Assembly: GCA_050178385.1 (NCBI GenBank)
Contig: JBFXGD010000051.1
Coordinates: forward strand, 1-21,376
Origin: Calditrichaceae bacterium
GTDB lineage: Bacteria > Calditrichota > Calditrichia > Calditrichales > JBFXGD01
Length of the DNA: 21,376 bases
Direction of reading: 5' to 3'
The stretch's first letter is position 1; every line of letters begins with the position of its first letter. This document shows, piece by piece, positions 18,074 to 21,376 of the stretch. The notes beneath the pieces are model-generated. The model searched no databases, was not told where the DNA came from, and worked only from the letters and a program-made list of their open reading frames with translations. A program made the position numbers and the translations under genes.

Positions 18074-19306
18074 ATGACAGGAAAGTTATATCAGGGCAGA
18101 TACGGCCGGATCCTGCTTTTTATAATTACCTTATTTGTTTTAGCAATATTCCTGAAAGATAACATGGAAGTTTTCCGGTTAAGCGCATATTTATCAATTC
18201 TTTTGATGAGCCTTCACCTTATTTTTACAAAGATTTTCGGAGAAAAAGAGTATTCCTACCAGAACCGTATCGAAAGCACAGTTTTAATATTTATTATAAC
18301 ATATTTAGTTATTTTCATTTCGTTGCCATTTTTGTCTTCATCATTCGAAAGCCTAGAGTTTTGGTTTATATCATCTATAGTTTCACTTATAATATCGGTT
18401 ATTTATCTTGCGGTGCCGGCTAAGCAGCATGCCGTTTGGATTCCGGTCGGCACGGCTATTGTATTAAGTATTTATTTAACAGCAGACAACCAATTACTCT
18501 TACAATCATTCTTAGCCGCAATATTGGCACTCATAGTCATTATATTTAGTTATTATGTAAAATTTCTTACCATCGGCGGCTCGCTAATGACTTTCTTGCT
18601 CTCCATTTCCATTTTTGGGCTTGGCGGTATAAAATGGGCGGTACCGATTTTAACATTTTTTATACTTTCTTCCATTTTGAGCAAAGTAGGGAAGGGCATT
18701 AAAAGCAAGTTTGAAGACACTTTTGAAAAAACCGGAATCAGGGACCAGATGCAGGTGATAGCGAACGGAGGTATTGGCGGAATACTAATACTTCTTAATC
18801 ATTTTTATCCATCAGACCTATTTTATCTGTTATTTTTAGCATCAATGGCAGTCGCCACAGCAGACACCTGGGCCACGGAAATCGGTGTATTATTTAATGG
18901 TAAAACACGTTTAATAACAAATTTCAGAGAGGTCAGCCCCGGTGTTTCAGGAGCAATATCCTTTGCAGGAACAACCGGCGCCTTGCTGGGGAGTTTAACT
19001 GTCGTGTCATCGGGAGTGTTGTTTATATCATCCGAAAAACTCATGTTATATTTTTCACTTAGTGTTTTTGGCTTGATCGGAAGCATGATCGACAGCCTTG
19101 TTGGCGCAACGCTCCAGTCACAGTATCATTGCCGGGTTTGCGGGAAATACACCGAAAAGTCCCTTCATTGCAATGAGAGGACAAAATTGGTGTCAGGTCA
19201 TACAATTATCAGCAATGATGTTGTTAATATCACGTCTGCATTCATTACAGTGATATTGTTCTATTTATTTTATAAATTTATCATCCTGCCTCAAATTATA
19301 TTATAA
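18074..19306 (+). CDS. DUF92 (TMEM19-like) membrane protein with extra N-terminal TM region
   Basis: FFILSSILSK, RDQMQVIANG, ATADTWATEIG, PGVSGAISFAG, IDSLVGATLQ..Y.CRVCGK.TEK..HC, NDVVN. Start set at ATG 18074 because 18008 lies in the terminator loop. Confidence 0.9.
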   Translation: MTGKLYQGRYGRILLFIITLFVLAIFLKDNMEVFRLSAYLSILLMSLHLIFTKIFGEKEYSYQNRIESTVLIFIITYLVIFISLPFLSSSFESLEFWFISSIVSLIISVIYLAVPAKQHAVWIPVGTAIVLSIYLTADNQLLLQSFLAAILALIVIIFSYYVKFLTIGGSLMTFLLSISIFGLGGIKWAVPILTFFILSSILSKVGKGIKSKFEDTFEKTGIRDQMQVIANGGIGGILILLNHFYPSDLFYLLFLASMAVATADTWATEIGVLFNGKTRLITNFREVSPGVSGAISFAGTTGALLGSLTVVSSGVLFISSEKLMLYFSLSVFGLIGSMIDSLVGATLQSQYHCRVCGKYTEKSLHCNERTKLVSGHTIISNDVVNITSAFITVILFYLFYKFIILPQIIL

Positions 19307-19430
19307 ATCAACTGCGCTTATTCCGAGAGGCTGGAGCAGAAACGGGAAAAAAAATCCCTAAAAAACACGGCGATTGATCAGAAAACCCTGTTGTCCGCAC
19401 AAAATACATCAAAGTTATTATTTATTTCTT

Positions 19431-19458
19431 TTGTTATATAATATACATTATGTAAACT
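19431..19458 (+). other. dif: dif-like XerC/XerD recombination site
   Basis: TTGTTATATAA-TATACA-TTATGTAAACT: 11-6-11 architecture with inner ATAA/TTAT; right arm matches the Bacillus subtilis dif arm TTATGTAAACT as I recall it; intergenic. Confidence 0.85.
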
Positions 19459-19571
19459 ATGAAATAAATCAATGATTCGACTTTATCGGGAATTGTCTGG
19501 TCTTGGTTGCCGTACAGATTGTCCTTTTAAATTTCCCCTTCTCCCCCCTTCTGATGGCTCTTTTTTCTTAT

Positions 19572-19600
19572 TTGCCAGATTGCTTTGTTTTTTTTAAATT
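19572..19600 (+). promoter_or_regulatory. Putative sigma70 promoter (TTGCCA-N17-TAAATT) for the 69-aa ORF
   Basis: -35 at 19572-19577, -10 at 19595-19600, then RBS AGGAGGAG (19611-19618) and ATG 19622. Confidence 0.6.
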
Positions 19601-19621
19601 ATGAAAAAATAGGAGGAGACC

Positions 19622-19831
19622 ATGGATAAAGATTTAGTTGTTGTTGAATATCTCAAGATATATTTTAAAAGCCATCCGGATTTAGTACCGGATGATGCGG
19701 ACAAAGCATTTGAACTGTTTCAGAAAATGCATAAAAAATACAAGAATAAATTCATGGATGATTTTAAACAAAAAAGCGAAAAATTCGTGGATAAGTTTTT
19801 TGACGATAAGGATAAGAATAAATATTATTGA
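19622..19831 (+). CDS. Small hypothetical protein, 69 aa, K/D/F-rich, probably helical
   Basis: Strong RBS AGGAGGAG and own promoter; fills the gap exactly up to the convergent EamA stop. Confidence 0.8.
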   Translation: MDKDLVVVEYLKIYFKSHPDLVPDDADKAFELFQKMHKKYKNKFMDDFKQKSEKFVDKFFDDKDKNKYY

Positions 19832-20734
19832 TCAGGCGCTCGTAATAATAAATGCGCCAATCAATATTATAATCGTTCCGGTGATTGTTTTGGTGTAATT
19901 CTTCTCGTGAAAAAACATAAATCCGATTACACTGCTGATTAAAATCCCGGCTCGTTTGAAAGAGATGACATAAGTTACAAGGGTATATTTTATCGCTGTC
20001 AACTGAGATAGAGCTAATACAGTACTGACGAGTACCAGTAACGCTATAGAAAATGCTAATGACCAATCATATTTAATCTCCCGCCTGTCCCCTTCTCTCT
20101 CTTTTTTTCTCATATGTCTGTAAGAAAACAGAAAGGCAATACCAAGCATAAGATGAATTGTTGTCGCATAGATTTCAGGCGTGCTTGCAATAACGGCAAT
20201 TTTTTCAATACTTGCCGAAATACTCCATAAAAATGCAACGATTATCACATAAACTATGCCTTTTTCTCCTGTAAAGAAGCGAAATCTTAAAGATTTATTT
20301 TTTGTCTTCCATTCCCGGGGAAGTTGTAGAATAAAACTCCCGATAACGATTCCAAAAACACCGAGAAACTTCGTTATTGTAACACTCTCACCAAGGATAA
20401 GATAAGCTGTAAACACGAGGAATAAGGGAGTAAGACCGACAAAAGGCATCACAAGTGATACAGGAGAGATAATGATCGCTTTCGTCAGCAGCGAGAATGC
20501 AACAAGATTGATGATAAAACTTATCAGCAGTGACGGTAAGAACCTTTGGATGTCGATCTCATGCCATGGTGACGTAATTGAGAGAATTAATATAAATACA
20601 CCGGTACACAAAAATAAAAATTGGAGTATCCCAAACTGATGCAATTTTCTGCTAAGAATTTTTATTAAGACAACCTGAAACCCAAATGAAATTCCGGTCA
20701 GAACGGACAAAATAATCGCATCAGATGGGAACAT
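19832..20734 (-). CDS. EamA/DMT-family transporter
   Basis: About 10 TM segments; KAIIISPVSLVMPFVGLTP...LILGE, VTYVISFKR...FFHEK; ATG 20734 overlaps the csrA stop (TGATG). Confidence 0.9.
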   Translation of the reverse strand: MFPSDAIILSVLTGISFGFQVVLIKILSRKLHQFGILQFLFLCTGVFILILSITSPWHEIDIQRFLPSLLISFIINLVAFSLLTKAIIISPVSLVMPFVGLTPLFLVFTAYLILGESVTITKFLGVFGIVIGSFILQLPREWKTKNKSLRFRFFTGEKGIVYVIIVAFLWSISASIEKIAVIASTPEIYATTIHLMLGIAFLFSYRHMRKKEREGDRREIKYDWSLAFSIALLVLVSTVLALSQLTAIKYTLVTYVISFKRAGILISSVIGFMFFHEKNYTKTITGTIIILIGAFIITSA

Positions 20735-20973
20735 CAATCATTTTTTGACGATTTATTCTTATTTCCGATAACAGATCCGTCACCTTTTCTGGTAACAGGA
20801 GACTCAAAGGGCATCCCTTTAACTTTTTCATAGAGTTCTTCCCGGTAAATTTCGATTTGTCGGGGAGCCTCTATTCCCAGTTTCACCTGATTTCCATCGA
20901 TATCAACAATAATTATGCGTACTTCATCGCCAATGGTGATAGCCTCACCCAACCTCCGTGTCAAAACAAGCAT
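20734..20973 (-). CDS. csrA: Carbon storage regulator CsrA
   Basis: [47 protein letters not shown]. Confidence 0.96.
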   Translation of the reverse strand: MLVLTRRLGEAITIGDEVRIIIVDIDGNQVKLGIEAPRQIEIYREELYEKVKGMPFESPVTRKGDGSVIGNKNKSSKND

Positions 20974-20988
20974 ATATCTCCCCCTTTT

Positions 20989-21376
20989 TTATGATAATAT
21001 CCACTTTGGTTTACGTTTTTCTATAAATGAGTTGATTCCTTCAATAAAATCTTCAGTCTCACGGAATCCGGTGTTTATTTCTGCCGCTCTCTTTAGTTCA
21101 GATTCAATATCACCGAAAGTGAATCCTGCTAATAACTGTTTGGATGTGCTTACAGCCATCGATGAATTCGTTTCCAACTCTGCTGCCAATTCGGCAACAC
21201 TCTTTTCGAGAGTTGTCACATTTACAAGTGAATTGATCAACCCGATTTTTAAAGCGTCCTCTGCTGAAATTATTCTTCCTGTTAACAGCAATTCCCTTGC
21301 TTTGCGTTCCCCCACCTGTCTGATCAAAAACACAGAAACAAGCGCGGCCACAAATCCAATTTTTACTTCAGGATAT
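20989..21376 (-). CDS. Enoyl-CoA hydratase/isomerase family protein (methylglutaconyl-CoA hydratase-like), C-terminal part; 5' end outside window
   Basis: Frame open to the window edge: YPEVKIGFVAALVSVFL..GERKARELLLTG..ISAEDALKIGLIN..EGINSFIEKRKPKW. Confidence 0.92.
   Translation of the reverse strand, partial: YPEVKIGFVAALVSVFLIRQVGERKARELLLTGRIISAEDALKIGLINSLVNVTTLEKSVAELAAELETNSSMAVSTSKQLLAGFTFGDIESELKRAAEINTGFRETEDFIEGINSFIEKRKPKWILS

Noticed and set aside
19535..19552. CCCCTTCT tandem right of dif as inverted KOPS motifs
   Set aside because: Does not match CCCTNCCC exactly, and the FtsK-orienting motif in this lineage is unknown.

Overview
Bacterial chromosomal core region, AT-rich (roughly 40% GC by eye). 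Gene content and order suggest an FCB-group/Calditrichota-like organism, but that is inference only. Plus strand: pheS (3' end)-pheT-zapB-like-zapA-6S RNA-rny-ymdB-folD-TIM-barrel ORF-Cys-rich membrane ORF-DUF58-selD. A convergent minus-strand pair follows (OPT oligopeptide transporter plus a stand-alone PqqD/RRE protein). Then merR-like-tRNA-Pro(GGG)-GT2-pcm-DUF368-tRNA-Pro(CGG)-leuS-DUF92, a small ORF, and a minus-strand enoyl-CoA hydratase-csrA-EamA operon. Signals the ORF track misses: (1) selD is a selenoprotein with an in-frame UGA at 8822 and a SECIS-like hairpin; (2) a 28-bp XerCD dif-like site at 19431-19458 with a symmetric 9-bp flanking inverted repeat, where gene orientation largely flips; (3) an in-frame TAG in pcm within a cluster of apparent T>G changes; (4) a near-consensus sigma70 promoter inside pheT; (5) an Asp>Asn change at a conserved HD-domain position of RNase Y; (6) the 6S RNA and two tRNAs. 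No mobile element, CRISPR array or rRNA was seen.
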